A DNA stretch of 64,000 bases from Leucoraja ocellata (Eukaryota). The position numbers were made by a program, and so were the translations under genes. Shown one piece after another: positions 11,180 through 22,430 of this stretch. How positions within the stretch are numbered: the stretch's first letter is position 1; each line of letters starts with the position of its first letter. Location: the NCBI GenBank assembly GCA_036785375.1, contig JAWMAR010000131.1, forward strand, positions 4,402,001 through 4,466,000. Reading direction: 5' to 3'. The notes beneath the pieces were generated by a model. The model was given only the letters and a program-made list of their open reading frames with translations, was not told the origin of the DNA and did not search any database.

Positions 11180-11493
11180 AGTGAAAGGCCGGGCTCGCGT
11201 GGACGTGGATAGGATGTGTCCACTCGTGGGGGAGTCTAGGACGACAGGTCCATAGCCTCAGAATTAAAGGACGTTCCTTTAGGAAGGAGGTGAGGAGAAA
11301 TTCATTTAGTCAGAGGGTGGTGAATCTGTGGAGTTTGTTGCCACAGAATGCCGTGGAGGCCATCAATGGATATTTTTAAGGCAGGGATAGATAGATTTCT
11401 AGGTACACAAAAATGCTGGAGAAACTCAGCGGGTGCAGCAGCATCTATGGAGCGAAGGAGATAGGCAACGTTTCGGCCCGAAACGTTGCCTAT
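11180..11493 (+). mobile_element. CR1 fragment followed by a variant-B PLE palindrome
   Basis: CR1 motif TTTAGTCAGAGGGTGGTGAATCTGTGG; 15-bp perfect inverted arms at 11461-11493. Confidence 0.75.
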
Positions 11494-11628
11494 GTGAAAT
11501 GTGAAATACTAACCCTCATGTCTGACTCTCCTATCTATTGTCCCTGCAAACGGAACACTGCGCCTTTAGTGCAGCCATTCTAGATTTACCCAAAGTTTGC
11601 ACAATAAGGCTGATTTTGTCATAACTTG

Positions 11629-11823
11629 TGTAAGAATGAACTGCAGATGCTGGTTTAAACCGAAGATAGACACAAAAAGCGGGCCAGGCAGCATCTCTGG
11701 AGAGAAGGAATGGGTGATGTTTCTTCATACTCGAAGAAGGGTCTCGTACCGAAACGTCACCCATTCCTTCTCTCCAGAGATGCTGCCTGTCCCGCTGAGT
11801 TACTCCAGCTTTTTGTGTCTATC
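11629..11823. mobile_element. Palindromic PLE mini-element (variant A)
   Basis: Inverted arms; TSD TTTGTCAT(T)AACTTG at 11615-11628 and 11824-11838. Confidence 0.8.
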
Positions 11824-11920
11824 TTTGTCATTAACTTGCTGCTCAAATTTACGAGAACACATATTAGATTGGGAACAAATTGGGAACAAATATTTCAATA
11901 TTGATAGCTTCATTCACCTT

Positions 11921-12033
11921 GAGGTGGGAGATTACAACCTGTTTTTGACTAATGCAATCAACCCGACGTGCACAATCAAATGAGACAAGTTGTCCTGCAA
12001 CTTTAGGCTGTGCACGCCATACGCAAGAAGAAG
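11921..12033 (+). mobile_element. 3' fragment of a Vingi/Ingi-like element
   Basis: Ends CTTTAGGCTGTGCACGCCATACGCAAGAAGAAG; homologous to ~16808-16945. Confidence 0.55.
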
Positions 12034-12067
12034 CAGCATACACCTTGAAAACAGAACATAAGACAAC

Positions 12068-12378
12068 GTTTAGTTTAGCTTTTGGATAGTTTGGAGATAC
12101 ATAGCCCTACCGCCCAGCGAGCCTGCCACAACCAGCGATCCCTGCACACTAACACTATCCTATACACTAGGGATGATTTACAATTTTTCCAAATAATCTA
12201 CAAACCTGTACGTCATTGGAGTATGGGAGGAAACCGGAGATCCCAGAGTAAACGCACAAGGGTCAGGGGAGAACGTACATACACCGTACAGACAGCACCC
12301 GTAGAAGTCAGGATCAAACCCGGGTCTCTGGGATGTAGTTAAGGCAGCAACTCTACCGCTGAGCCACCGTGCCGCCCT
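12068..12378 (-). mobile_element. Full-length tRNA-derived SINE
   Basis: Colinear with the other copies. Confidence 0.85.
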
Positions 12379-12417
12379 ATGTTAGACCCTGCCAAAAAAT
12401 CTCCAGATCTGCTCTAT

Positions 12418-13211
12418 CAGATTCAGATTCAAACTTTATTGTCATTGTGCAGTGTACAGTACAGAGACAACGAAATGCAGTTAGCATCTCCCTAGAAGAG
12501 CAACATAGAATATGAGTAATAAATAAATATAGTTACGTGCAGTGTTGAGGTACAGTGTTGAGTAATGTAACAGCCGCAGGGAAGAAGCTGTTCCTGGACC
12601 TGCTGGTCCGGCAACGGAGAGACCTGTAGCGCCTCCCGGCTGGTAGGAGGGTAAACAGTCTGTGGCTGGGGTGAGAGCAGTCCTTGACGATGCTGAGCGC
12701 CCTTCGCAGACATCGCTTGCTTTGGACAGACTCAATGGAGGGGAGTGAGGAACCGGTGATGCGTTGGCCATTTTTCACCACCCTCTGCAATGCCTTCCGG
12801 TCGGAGACAGAGCAGTTGCCTTACCATACTGTGATACAGTTGGTAAGGATGCTCTCGATGGTGCAGCGGTAGAAGTTCACCAGAATCTGAGGAGACAGAG
12901 AGACCTTCTTTAGTCTCCTCAGGAAGAAGAGATGCTGGTGAGCCTTCTTGACCAGAGTTGAGGTATTGTGGGTCCAGGAGAGGTCATCGGGGATGATGTC
13001 CCCCAGGAACCTGAAGCTGGAAACACCTTCCACCTCCGTCCCGTTGATGTGGATGGGGGTGTGCGTGCCGCCCCTAGACTTTCTGAAGTCTACAATAAGC
13101 ACCTTTGTCTTCTTGGAGTTAAGGGCCAGGTTGTTGTCAGCGCACCATGCTGCTAGGAGCTGGACCTCCTCCCTATAGGCCGACTCATCGTTGTCGCTGA
13201 TGAGGCCAATA
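12418..13211 (-). mobile_element. 5'-truncated Rex1/Babar-clade LINE (end of RT domain and C-terminus)
   Basis: LIVDFRK...FRFLG...LSW...QHLFFLRRLKK...FYRCTIESIL...RNSFFPAAVTLLN. AATAAA plus (TGAATC)n tail. TSD GCTCTAT at 12411-12417 and 13212-13218. Confidence 0.9.
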
Positions 13212-13706
13212 GCTCTATGCTATTGCCCTTTGATCATCATGTGAGAATCATTTTATTAAATTCATCAATAAGTGTGAGATAGGTGCAGGTTGCTCAACCA
13301 TGTATAAAGATGTTAACATATTGCAGGATTTCTGCTTCTAAGTTATCAGTAACAAGCGCTGAATGAAACTGTGACAGATTCATTCATTCGGCCCTGAAAT
13401 ATCAATCACAACTCTTAACAGTTAACCCGTAACATGACTCAATCAATTTTGATTTGCTGAGCACACACAAAACACTTGATAGGGAAGGCTGCTCGTTTCT
13501 TACCCTTGTGAATGAAGTGTTTCCATTAGACAAATAAATAACACAGTCACGGTTCAGGCATCAATAGTAATTACACTGCATGAAAATTAGTCCGCTGTAA
13601 AATTTGATTGATATTGTATTTTCAAGGTGTATTTTTAAAGCTAACAGCAAGGCACAACATTCCCACACCGCTTTATCAGCAGTGTGCACACTGACTCAAA
13701 TACATC

Positions 13707-14050
13707 TGTAGGAAGAAACTGCAGATGCTGGTTTACAGCCCAGCGGTATGAATATTGATTTCTATAAGTTCAAGTAACCCTTGCGTCCCTTCTCTCTCCA
13801 TCCCTCCCCCACCCTAATGGTCGCACTAGTTTCACTGTCATCCAGCTGAGTTTCACCGTCTGTATCGCTCGTTATCACCTTCCCCACAGCCAACAATGGA
13901 CCATTGTGGGCTCCACATTTGCTTCGCTGCTGGCTTTGATCTAAGTACTTTTTTGCAGATCTCTCGGTTCCCTCCCCACTGACTCGACCCGAAACGTCAC
14001 CTATTCCTTTTCTCCAGAGATGACCCGCTGAGGTACTCCAGCATTTTGTG
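13707..14050 (+). mobile_element. PLE fragment: inverted 5' pLTR stub, ORF end and 3' pLTR
   Basis: TGTAGGAAGAAACTGCAGATGCTGG is joined to LQPSGMNIDFYKFK*, which matches the PLE C-terminus ending at 53449. Confidence 0.8.
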
Positions 14051-14670
14051 TTGAAAGTCTAAAGTTCTGCTCTGTGAAGATTGTAATATTTTGATATGTC
14101 TTTAACAAACCCACGCTATGATTAAACAAATATTTTTCTTTCTTTCAATGAGTTGTCGATAAGTTCTTAATAGCTGAACATCACATTGCCCTCTTAATGG
14201 ATTCCATGTTATTCATGATAACAGCCAATTGGCCAAGGTTAAGTCGGATGCTCATTTTGTTATTCCTTATAAATCACCTAAAATGCAGAGGTAGGTTTTT
14301 TTTTCGGAAAAAAACCCCATAAGAAGCATGTTCCTATTGCCCTTTGTTCATCTTATGGGAATAATTTTAAAGCCTCTAAAGTGCCTTACTCCATTAAAAT
14401 TACATAAAATTGCGCACACACTCAATTATCTTTCACAAGATCGCAGCATAATTATAGCTGGAAAAGTCACTTGGTCAATGTTACTTCATGGATCAGCGTC
14501 CAATCACTTTGGTAATGAAGAATCCAACCGCCTTTAAAGGTACCGCCATCGTTTACCTCAGTTCAAACACTGCTGACTTTTCTGTGAGAAATTTGCTGAC
14601 ATCCAAGGTTAAAATCACTCTTGGTCAATTTATATCTCAACCATCAAATTCTAACGCCGCGTGTTTGGAG

Positions 14671-14978
14671 AAACAAGGAACTGCTGATGCTGGTTTACAA
14701 CAGGAATCCCCCCCCCCTTCACAAATGCTGGAGTACCTCAGCGGGTCAGGCAGCATCTGAGTAGGACATGAATAGGTGGCGTTTCGGGACGGGACCTTTA
14801 CGTCCACCTATCGCTTGCCGGGTTTTGTCCCGCTCCCACCTCTTTTCCAGCTTTCTCCCCCCCCCCCCCCCCCCCAACTACAATCAGTCTGAAGAAGGTT
14901 CCTGAACAAAAAGGTCACCTATTTATGTCCTCTAGATATGATGCCTGACATGCTAAGTTGCTTCAGCACTTTGTGTTT
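14671..14978. mobile_element. PLE-derived inverted-arm element
   Basis: Inverted arms flank a pyrimidine-rich spacer; CTGAAGAAGG motif near 14889. Confidence 0.7.
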
Positions 14979-15054
14979 GATTTAAGTGATATCTGGGTTT
15001 GCTTCCTTTTATAAATGAACAAATTAAGAAATTAATGTTATAAATTATCCATTT

Positions 15055-15690
15055 GATTTAGTTTGGTTTAGTTTAAAAATAGCACCCACCAAGTTCACAC
15101 TGCCCATCAATCACCCATACACTAGTTCTATGTTACTTCACTATCACTATCAGACCTGGGAGGTGCAATTTACAGAAGCCAATTTACCAACAAACCCGCA
15201 CGTGTTTAGGATGTGGGAGGAAACCGGAGCACCCAGAGAAAACCCACGCGGTCACAGGGAAAGTGTACAAATTCCGCACAGATTGCACCCGAGGTCAGGA
15301 TCGAACCGGGTCTCTAGCGTTGGGGTGAAAACGACAGATCAAAGCAGATGGTGATAAGGAAATGTAGAATGGCTCATTGTAGCTGAGGGGAAGGTGACAA
15401 CGTGGCATACAACCAGTAATATTTAATCATGAGGACTCAATAGATTCAAGATTCAAGAGAGAACTGGGGTGGGGGAGGGACGGGGAGACAGTGAAAGCAA
15501 GGGTTACTTGAAGTTGAGAAATCATATTCATACCGCTGGGTTTTAAGCTGCCCGAGCAAAATATGAGGTGCTGTTCCTCCAATTTGCATTGGGCCTCACC
15601 CTGACAGTGGAGGAGGCCCAGGATAGAAAGGTCAGTATGAGAATGGGAGGTGGTATAAAAGTGGTCAGCAACCGGGAGATCACGTAGGTT
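15055..15690 (-). mobile_element. SINE (to ~15317) abutting a PLE ORF-end fragment
   Basis: Minus strand ~15510-15630 reads like KLEEQHLIF..LG.LKPSGMN, as in the PLE at 53350-53449. Confidence 0.7.
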
Positions 15691-16459
15691 GAATACATTG
15701 GAATCAGTTTGACCAGCTGATAAACAACACTTTAGACTGATATTGGTTTAACATCCTTCCTCTCTTAATCTGCTTTAACCAAACCAAACAACAATCTCAG
15801 CCCACATTGACTTCCTACAATGGAGTGTTCCCATTGACTTTGCTGAATCTTTACAATTGCCACAGTTAAGTAGGTACCATTAATACCCAAGAACAAACAT
15901 TGAGGCTATTCGCAGAAACATAATCCAAGGAGAATGGATTGAAAACCAAAGGAGACATTACATGGAATGGCTAAAATCTGTCAAAGGTGTTGTATTTAAA
16001 GACCGAATTTGAAAGAAAGGCTGAGAGATTCAGGGCAGGAATTCCGGAGCTCAAAGAAAACACAGTTTAAAGCTCTGTTGCCAAACATAGACCAAGGCGG
16101 GAGAGGAGAAACACAACGGAATTGCAGGAAAAACACAAAAATGGAAAAACACAAGAATGCAGTATATTTGTGAAGTTAGAGTCTTGCAATCTCAGCACAG
16201 CAGCATTGTGGCACAGCAATAGAGTTTCTGAGTTTCTGACTTACAGTGTCAGAGACCCGGTTTCGATCCTAACCACGGGTGCTGTCTGTACATAGTTTGT
16301 ACGTTCTCCCTGTGACCTTTAGAATTCGAATTTTTAATTTTAGTCAATGTATACACAAAACACAAGAGAATGGAATGTAGGAATGGAGAGAATATCGTCA
16401 TAGATATAATAGCTGATTTCAACCTATTCCACACTATGTTGATTTCATATGGTCAGGTC

Positions 16460-16945
16460 GGGGGGGAGTTCCCCCTGCCACGGGTACCATGTAATCCCGT
16501 GCTACCTGCTCCATGGTCGGATAGTCGGCGACTAAACCGTCTCCCCCACCTGGTTTGCCAGGTGAGGACGGGTCTGTGGACCCCCAGCAGGACCAAAAAC
16601 AAGACCTGTCAAAGGGCGGATGAGCTTCTACCGAGCCAACGACCATCCACACTTCAGTAAAAGTTGCGATCACTGTCGTACATAGCATTGTAAGGAACGA
16701 TGATAAAGCACACACACCAAAATCTGATACTTCCAGCAGCGGAAATGTTTTCAACGATGATGTTGATGATCATTCCAGAGTGCAGTAAGGTGGTCTCACC
16801 ACATGGCTGGTGGAAGATTGCAACCTTCACGTGTTCCACCCTGTTTCGACGAATGCAATCAACCTGGCGAGCACAAACATAAGATCAAACAGAACAAGTT
16901 GTCTTACAACTTTAGGCTGTGCACGCCACACGCAAGAAGCAGAAG
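16460..16945 (+). mobile_element. Vingi/Ingi-like short non-autonomous retroelement
   Basis: Oligo-G start, hairpin-rich 5' part, 3' end ...GTGCACGCCACACGCAAGAAGCAGAAG. A second partial copy lies at 11921-12033. Clade call is from recalled tail similarity. Confidence 0.5.
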
Positions 16946-16959
16946 ACCACGTGGCTGGA

Positions 16960-17481
16960 TTCGTTTAATAGTTTTAGAGATAGAGCACGGAAACAGGCCA
17001 TTCAGCCTCATGAGCCCGCTCCGACCAGCGATCCCCGTACACGAGCAGTATCCTGCACACACTGGGAACTATTAAATTTGTATAAGATAATTACAATTAA
17101 TAAGCTTTGGCTTCTTCCTTCTCCTTTTCGGACACATACGATCTCATTTATTTATAGATATTGTTTATGACACTTTATAAATATTTTTGTTTTGTTTTTT
17201 TGTATGCTGTTTCACACTTGCTTTTTATCCTTTTATTCTGGTCGAAATAAATAATAAAATAAATAAATAAATAGATGGATTTTTTTTACCGAAGCCGATT
17301 AATATACAAAGCCTGTATGTCATTGGAATGTGGGAGGAAACCGGAGATCCTGGAAAAAAACCCACACAGGTCACGGGGAGAACGCACAGACTCTGTGCAA
17401 GCAGCACCCGCTGTCAGGATCGAACGCGGGTCTCTGGCGCTGCAAGGCAGCAACTCTGCCGCTGCGCCACCGTGCCGCCCC
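16960..17481 (-). mobile_element. SINE split by an AT-rich insert (~17075-17290)
   Basis: SINE tail part at left and tRNA head at right. Confidence 0.7.
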
Positions 17482-18098
17482 TTCACAAATCTGCTGCTTT
17501 TCAAGCCCGTACCAGAAGACTTGAGCGGGGATCATCAGTTACAGAGCCACAGGCAGAGCTGGCAGGCAAATGCTGCAGAATCACAGCTGGTCACGTGGTG
17601 ATTGGCCGCGTCCCACTGCTCACAGCAACACAGAGATCCTCACTGGCACCACTGGATCTGGTTCTTGTCTGGGGACGGGAAGAATTTATTGTGGGGCATT
17701 GACTTCTCCTGTGGTGCATCACTGCTCCGTCATGCGGTACACACCGCCATTAGGATTACACGCAAGGAAATCCTCACTGTGAAACACATTCCTCGCAGTC
17801 CAAGTCGCTCTGTGTAAGAGCAGAGACAAAAATTTAAAAAATCCCAATGGTATTAGAAGCCCTCAGGCAGTTAAAGGCAAGTCCAGCTCAATGCTGACAA
17901 AACGAAAGGAAAAAAAAAAAAACGCTTCTAAAACTCCTCTGTCTCTCCAGCAATATATCTTGCAAGCTTTCTCAAACTGAAGACATTCTGCTGGCAATGA
18001 TTGCTGGGAGAAGCAGGTACGCTATTTGCATTGCATTCTACATTAGTCTTGTTGTGATCATAAGGTCATAAGGTAATAAGGGATAGGTGTCGAATTAG

Positions 18099-18254
18099 TT
18101 CAAGAAGGAACTGCAGATGCTGGAAAATCGAAGGTAGACAAAATTGCTGGAGAAACTCAGCGTGTGTAGCAGCATCTATGGAGCGAAGGAAATAGGCAAC
18201 GTTTCGACCTGAAACTTCGCTCCATAGATGCTGCCGCACCCGCTGAGTTTCTCC
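18099..18254 (-). mobile_element. Variant-B PLE palindrome inserted in a CR1 tail
   Basis: TSD AGGTGT(C/A)GAATTAG at 18085-18098 and 18255-18268. Confidence 0.8.
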
Positions 18255-18872
18255 AGGTGTAGAATTAGGCAATTCGGACCATCAAGTCTGCCGTTCAATC
18301 ATGGCTGATCTATCTCTCCCTCCTAACACTATTCTCCAGCCTTCTTCCCCTAACCCCTGACACCTGTACTAATCAAGAATCTATCTATTTCTGCCTTAAA
18401 AATATCCGCTGGCGCCCTCCACAACCTTCTGTGGCAAACAATTCCACAGATTCACCACCCTCTGACTAAATACATTTTTCCTCGTCTCCTTCCCATGATG
18501 GGAGTGCAGGTCATGGGGCCTGGGGACTAAAGCATCATCCTTCATCATTATAGTTGGTGGTAATAAGCTTGTGCAACACTGGCAAACACACAAGCAAAAT
18601 GGTCACAAGCATAAGGGGTGGGTCATTTAGGACTGAATCCTTTTCACCCAGAGAGTGGAATTCTCTGCCACAGAAGGCAGTGGAGGCCAACTCATTGGAT
18701 GTTTTCAATAGAGGGTTAGATTTAGCTCTTGGGGCTCAAGGAATCAAGGGATATGGGGAAAAAGCTGGAACGGGGTACTGATTTTGGATGATCAGCTATG
18801 ATCATATTGAATGGTGGTGCTGGCTCGAAGGGCCGAATGGCCTACTCCTGCACCTATTTCTATGTTTTTATG
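18255..18872. mobile_element. Two divergently oriented CR1 3' fragments (~18255-18495 -, ~18600-18872 +)
   Basis: FSQRVVNLWNCLPQKVVE on the minus strand and WNSLPQKAVEANSLDVF on the plus strand. Confidence 0.75.
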
Positions 18873-19071
18873 TCTCAGATCAATGCTACAATGGTTTACT
18901 TTATTGCAACATGTACAGTGAAATTCCTGTCTTCCCTACATGTCAGTAAACATGTTCCTATACATAGGCACAAATATAAAGAATAGTTTACTTTAGTTTA
19001 GTTTAGGGATACAGTGCAGAAACTGGGTCAGGCAGTATCTGTGGAGAGAATGGACAAGCAATGTTTTGGAT

Positions 19072-19285
19072 CAAGGTAGACATAAAATGCTGGCGTAACT
19101 CAGTGGGTCAGGCAGCATCTCTAGAGAGAAGGCGTGGGTGACGTTTCGGGTCGAGACCCTTCTTCAGACCGACCCGAAACCTCACCCATTCTTTCTCTCC
19201 AGAGATGCTGCCTGACCCGCTGAGTTATTCCAACATTTTGTGTCTACCTTCGATTTAAACCAGCATCTGCAGTTCTTTCCTACAC
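19072..19285. mobile_element. Palindromic PLE mini-element (variant A) nested in an older copy
   Basis: Long inverted arms; complete right end ...CAGCATCTGCAGTTCTTTCCTACAC. Confidence 0.8.
19137..19170 (-). ncRNA. Minimal (PLE-type) hammerhead ribozyme motif
   Basis: Minus strand reads GGT-CTGAAGA-A-GGGT(CTCG)ACCC-GAAAC-GTC-ACC: stem I GGT/ACC, core CUGANGA/GAAA, stem II, palindromic ACGU stem III, GUC site. Activity untested. Confidence 0.7.
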
Positions 19286-19762
19286 GTTTTGAAGCACCTG
19301 CAGTTCCTTGTGTCTTGCATGGGAATAACCCGTCTAAAGAGGGTAAACAGCAATTGCGATGAAATTAAGTATGAGCACAAGGCATTAGAAGTCTGTCATC
19401 AATAGAAAGATGATGCTGGGCTTGATAGTTTAGTCATCAACAAAGTCAGGTGTAATAAATCAACCGGTATCATTGCTTGGCTGACTTTATTTTAGCTTGT
19501 TTGAACAGAGGTGGGAAAGCTGGAGGGAGAAGCACAGTGGCGCAATGATTATTAAATGTTTTAAGGTGTTGGTGTTTAGGAGATTTGTGTGTTATTGTTT
19601 ACGGATCTCTGAAAGTTAGCAAGCAGGTTCAAAGAACAATTAAGAACGTAGATCTTTATTGCAATGAGTTTTTGATTTCAAGTACTGCTCCAATTAATAA
19701 GCAATGGTGAGACCGCACCTAGAATATTGTAAGGAGAAGAATAGCAAATGTTGACAACACTT

Positions 19763-20064
19763 GGTGGCACGGTGGCACAGGAGTAGAGTTGCTGCCTTAC
19801 AGCGCCAGAGACCCGGGGTCGATCCTGACTACGGGTGCTGTCTGTACGGAGCTTGTATGTTCTCCCCGTGACCTGCGTGTGCTCCGGTTTCCTCTCACAC
19901 TCCAAAGATGTACAGGTTTGTAGGTTAATTGGCTTGGTAAAATTGTAAATTGTCCCCAGTGAGTTTTGGATAATGTCAGTGAGTGGGGGTCGCTGGTCTG
20001 CGGGGATGCGGTGGGCCGAGGGGCCTGTTTCCGCGCTGTATCTCTAAACTAAACCAAACTAAAC
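19763..20064 (+). mobile_element. Full-length tRNA-derived SINE
   Basis: A/B boxes, central CCGGTTTCCTC(C/T)CACACTCCAAAGA domain, CR1-like 3' end, TAAAC tail. Confidence 0.9.
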
Positions 20065-20329
20065 AATGTTGTGGGAAGGAACTGCAGATGCTGGTGTATT
20101 CCGAAGATAGACACAATGTACTGGAGTAACTCAGCGGGACAGGCAGCATCTCTGGAGAAAAGAAATAGGTGACGTTTTGGGTTGAGACCCTTCTTCAAAC
20201 TGAGTGTCAGGGGCGAGGGAAACTAGAGATATGAGGGGGTACATGCCAGGCCAGGAAAAGTTCAGACAAAGTGCCTTTCACTGAGATTCCACTCAGATTT
20301 TATTTTAAAAGCCCCTTCGGCCCATCAGG

Positions 20330-20703
20330 CCTGTACTAGCCCAGGAGTCCCTTCAGCCCATCCGTCAGTATTCCCCATGCAAGTATTAAACCTCACCCCA
20401 GTATTTTTCTCCCTCCCTTCATTTATTCCCTGTGAGATCCAGGCCAGGATAGACTTTCCTCCTTCATTGCTGTGATCTGCAGAAAAAGATGAAAAACGTC
20501 TAAATTTGATTCTCCACCCTCGCCCCCTTCTCTCTCACCTGTTTTGGGAAGCACTTCTGGCAGTTTCCGAGCTACCAGCACATCAGGCCCTAGCGCTCCA
20601 GAAATCCCTCCCCCCCCCGGAATTGGTGGAGAGGTGGAATATTGCGTTGGGGGACCAGACCTCCCGTGTGAACATGGGAACCAACAGGTCCCACTTAGTC
20701 TAG
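20330..20703 (+). mobile_element. Possible Helitron-type element 3' end
   Basis: Hairpin TGGGA(A)CC-AACA-GGTCCCA followed closely by CTAG|T at 20700-20704. The 5' boundary is uncertain. Confidence 0.35.
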
Positions 20704-20719
20704 TATAATACTATTTTTT

Positions 20720-20998
20720 TAGTTTGAGTTTCAAAGAAACAGCGCAGAAACAGGCCCTTCGACCCACCGCGTCTGTGCCGACCAGTGATCCACACACACT
20801 AACGCTATCCTACACACATTAGAGACAATTTACATTTATACCAAGCCAATTAACCTACACACCTGTACGTCTTTGGAGTGTGGGAGGAAACCCACGCGGT
20901 TACGGGGAGCACAAATCAACTTCCTACCGACAGCTCCCATAGTCAGGATCGAACGTGGGTCTCTGGTGCTTTAAGGCAGCAACTCTACGATTGCGCCA
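20720..20998 (-). mobile_element. tRNA-derived SINE
   Basis: Colinear with the other copies. Confidence 0.8.
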
Positions 20999-21929
20999 AT
21001 TCTACATAAGTTCAACTTTAATTGTGGAGTTGGGATGTTGTTTTTGTTTGGTCTGGAGGCCTGATGATCCATATTAGTTTTATTTCAAGTGATGTCGGAC
21101 AGTATCGATCCAGTTGCACGGGTATAAATCCAGAGAACAAAAGTGACTGTAGTTTGCCAAAAATTTGACATGAAATTTTCAACCATTCACAGAGATGTTA
21201 TGAAGATGGATTGCATGGAAGACGAGAAAATTCATATTTGGTTCACAACGGTTATACTTTCAAGGGTGAGTAGTTACGGTTGATTGTGGTTTGGGCAGAA
21301 CAGCCAGAGACTTACCCTGCCTCTATTTCATGCTTTTGCTATGAAGAGTGATTGATGCTGTATTGTTCTTAATGCAGGCTTGAACTCCATCTTCGGACCA
21401 CCTAGAGAATCCTAGCGTGCGCAACTTATGAAATGAATAAGGATGTTTAGCACAATACTTTTGTGAAATACTCATTGAGAAAAAGTTCCATATATTTCTT
21501 ATCAGTGAAGGTGTGGCTAACTTATAATATAAAGTATTTGTACTGATTCCATCAACCTATCTTACTGGTTTCCCACATTGGCCTATATCGGTCCCATGAT
21601 TATACTTCACCCGCATATTTAAGATAGCAGATTACTTCATGAGATTTTTTTTTATTCCAAAGTGCTTAAGGTCTGACAATAATAGTTTTGTTTATTATAG
21701 TCGCATGTACCAAGGTACGGGTTTACATGCTGTCCAGTCAGAGAGAGGACTATGTATGCACACAATCAAGCCATCTGCAGTGCAAAGATAAGGGATAAAG
21801 GGTTCAACATTCAGTGCAAGATGTAACAATGACGTCCGATAAAGTCCGATTAAAGATGGATCAAAGATCCCCAATTCATTGGGAGTCAGGACCGCACTCG
21901 AGCTGATGATACGACCATTCAGTTGCACA

Positions 21930-22430
21930 GTCTGGTGGACAGTGACACCGGGAGCCCGCGGGTCCCTGCTGGGAGACCGCTTTTCGGGGCTTCCGCAACG
22001 GCGACTTCTCCCGCCCGAGTAGCGGGGTCGAGGATGACCTGGAGCGGGGCCTTACATCATCGCCCGGCGTGGCTTCAACGGCTGCGGGACTTTGCCAGCG
22101 CCCGCCCGGGGCTCCAACAACAAGACCCGGAGCGCGGCCTTGCATCACCCGGCGCGGCGTTAATGGCCGCGGGACAATTGTTATCGCCCGCCGGGGGCTC
22201 TGACTTTGACTGACATCGGGGGGAGAGGGAAGTGCAGGGGAGAGATACGGTTTTTTTGCCTTCCATCACAGCGAGGTGGAGATGCGCTGTGATGGATGTC
22301 TGGGTAAATTGTGTTGTGTCTTGGGTCTTTTTTTTTCTTGTATGTATGACTGCAGAAACAACATTTCACTTGAGCCTCTATGAGGTTCAAGTGACAAATA
22401 AATGGTATTGTATTGTATTGTATTGTATTG
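21930..22430 (+). mobile_element. GC-rich non-autonomous retroelement with Rex1-like 3' end (copy B)
   Basis: Homologous to 8079-8567. 3' hairpin, AATAAA and (GTATT)n tail. Confidence 0.75.

Noticed and set aside
16520-16630. Twister ribozyme fit in the Vingi-like 5' region
   Set aside because: UAA and two helices are placed suggestively, but I could not form the pseudoknot pairings; kept only as an untyped structured region.
17592-17610. ER-stress element (ERSE/ERSE-II)
   Set aside because: Spacing matches neither CCAAT-N9-CCACG nor ATTGG-N-CCACG.
19763-19835. tRNA genes at SINE heads
   Set aside because: A/B boxes are present, but each continues into the SINE body and tail; these are tRNA-derived heads, not tRNA genes.
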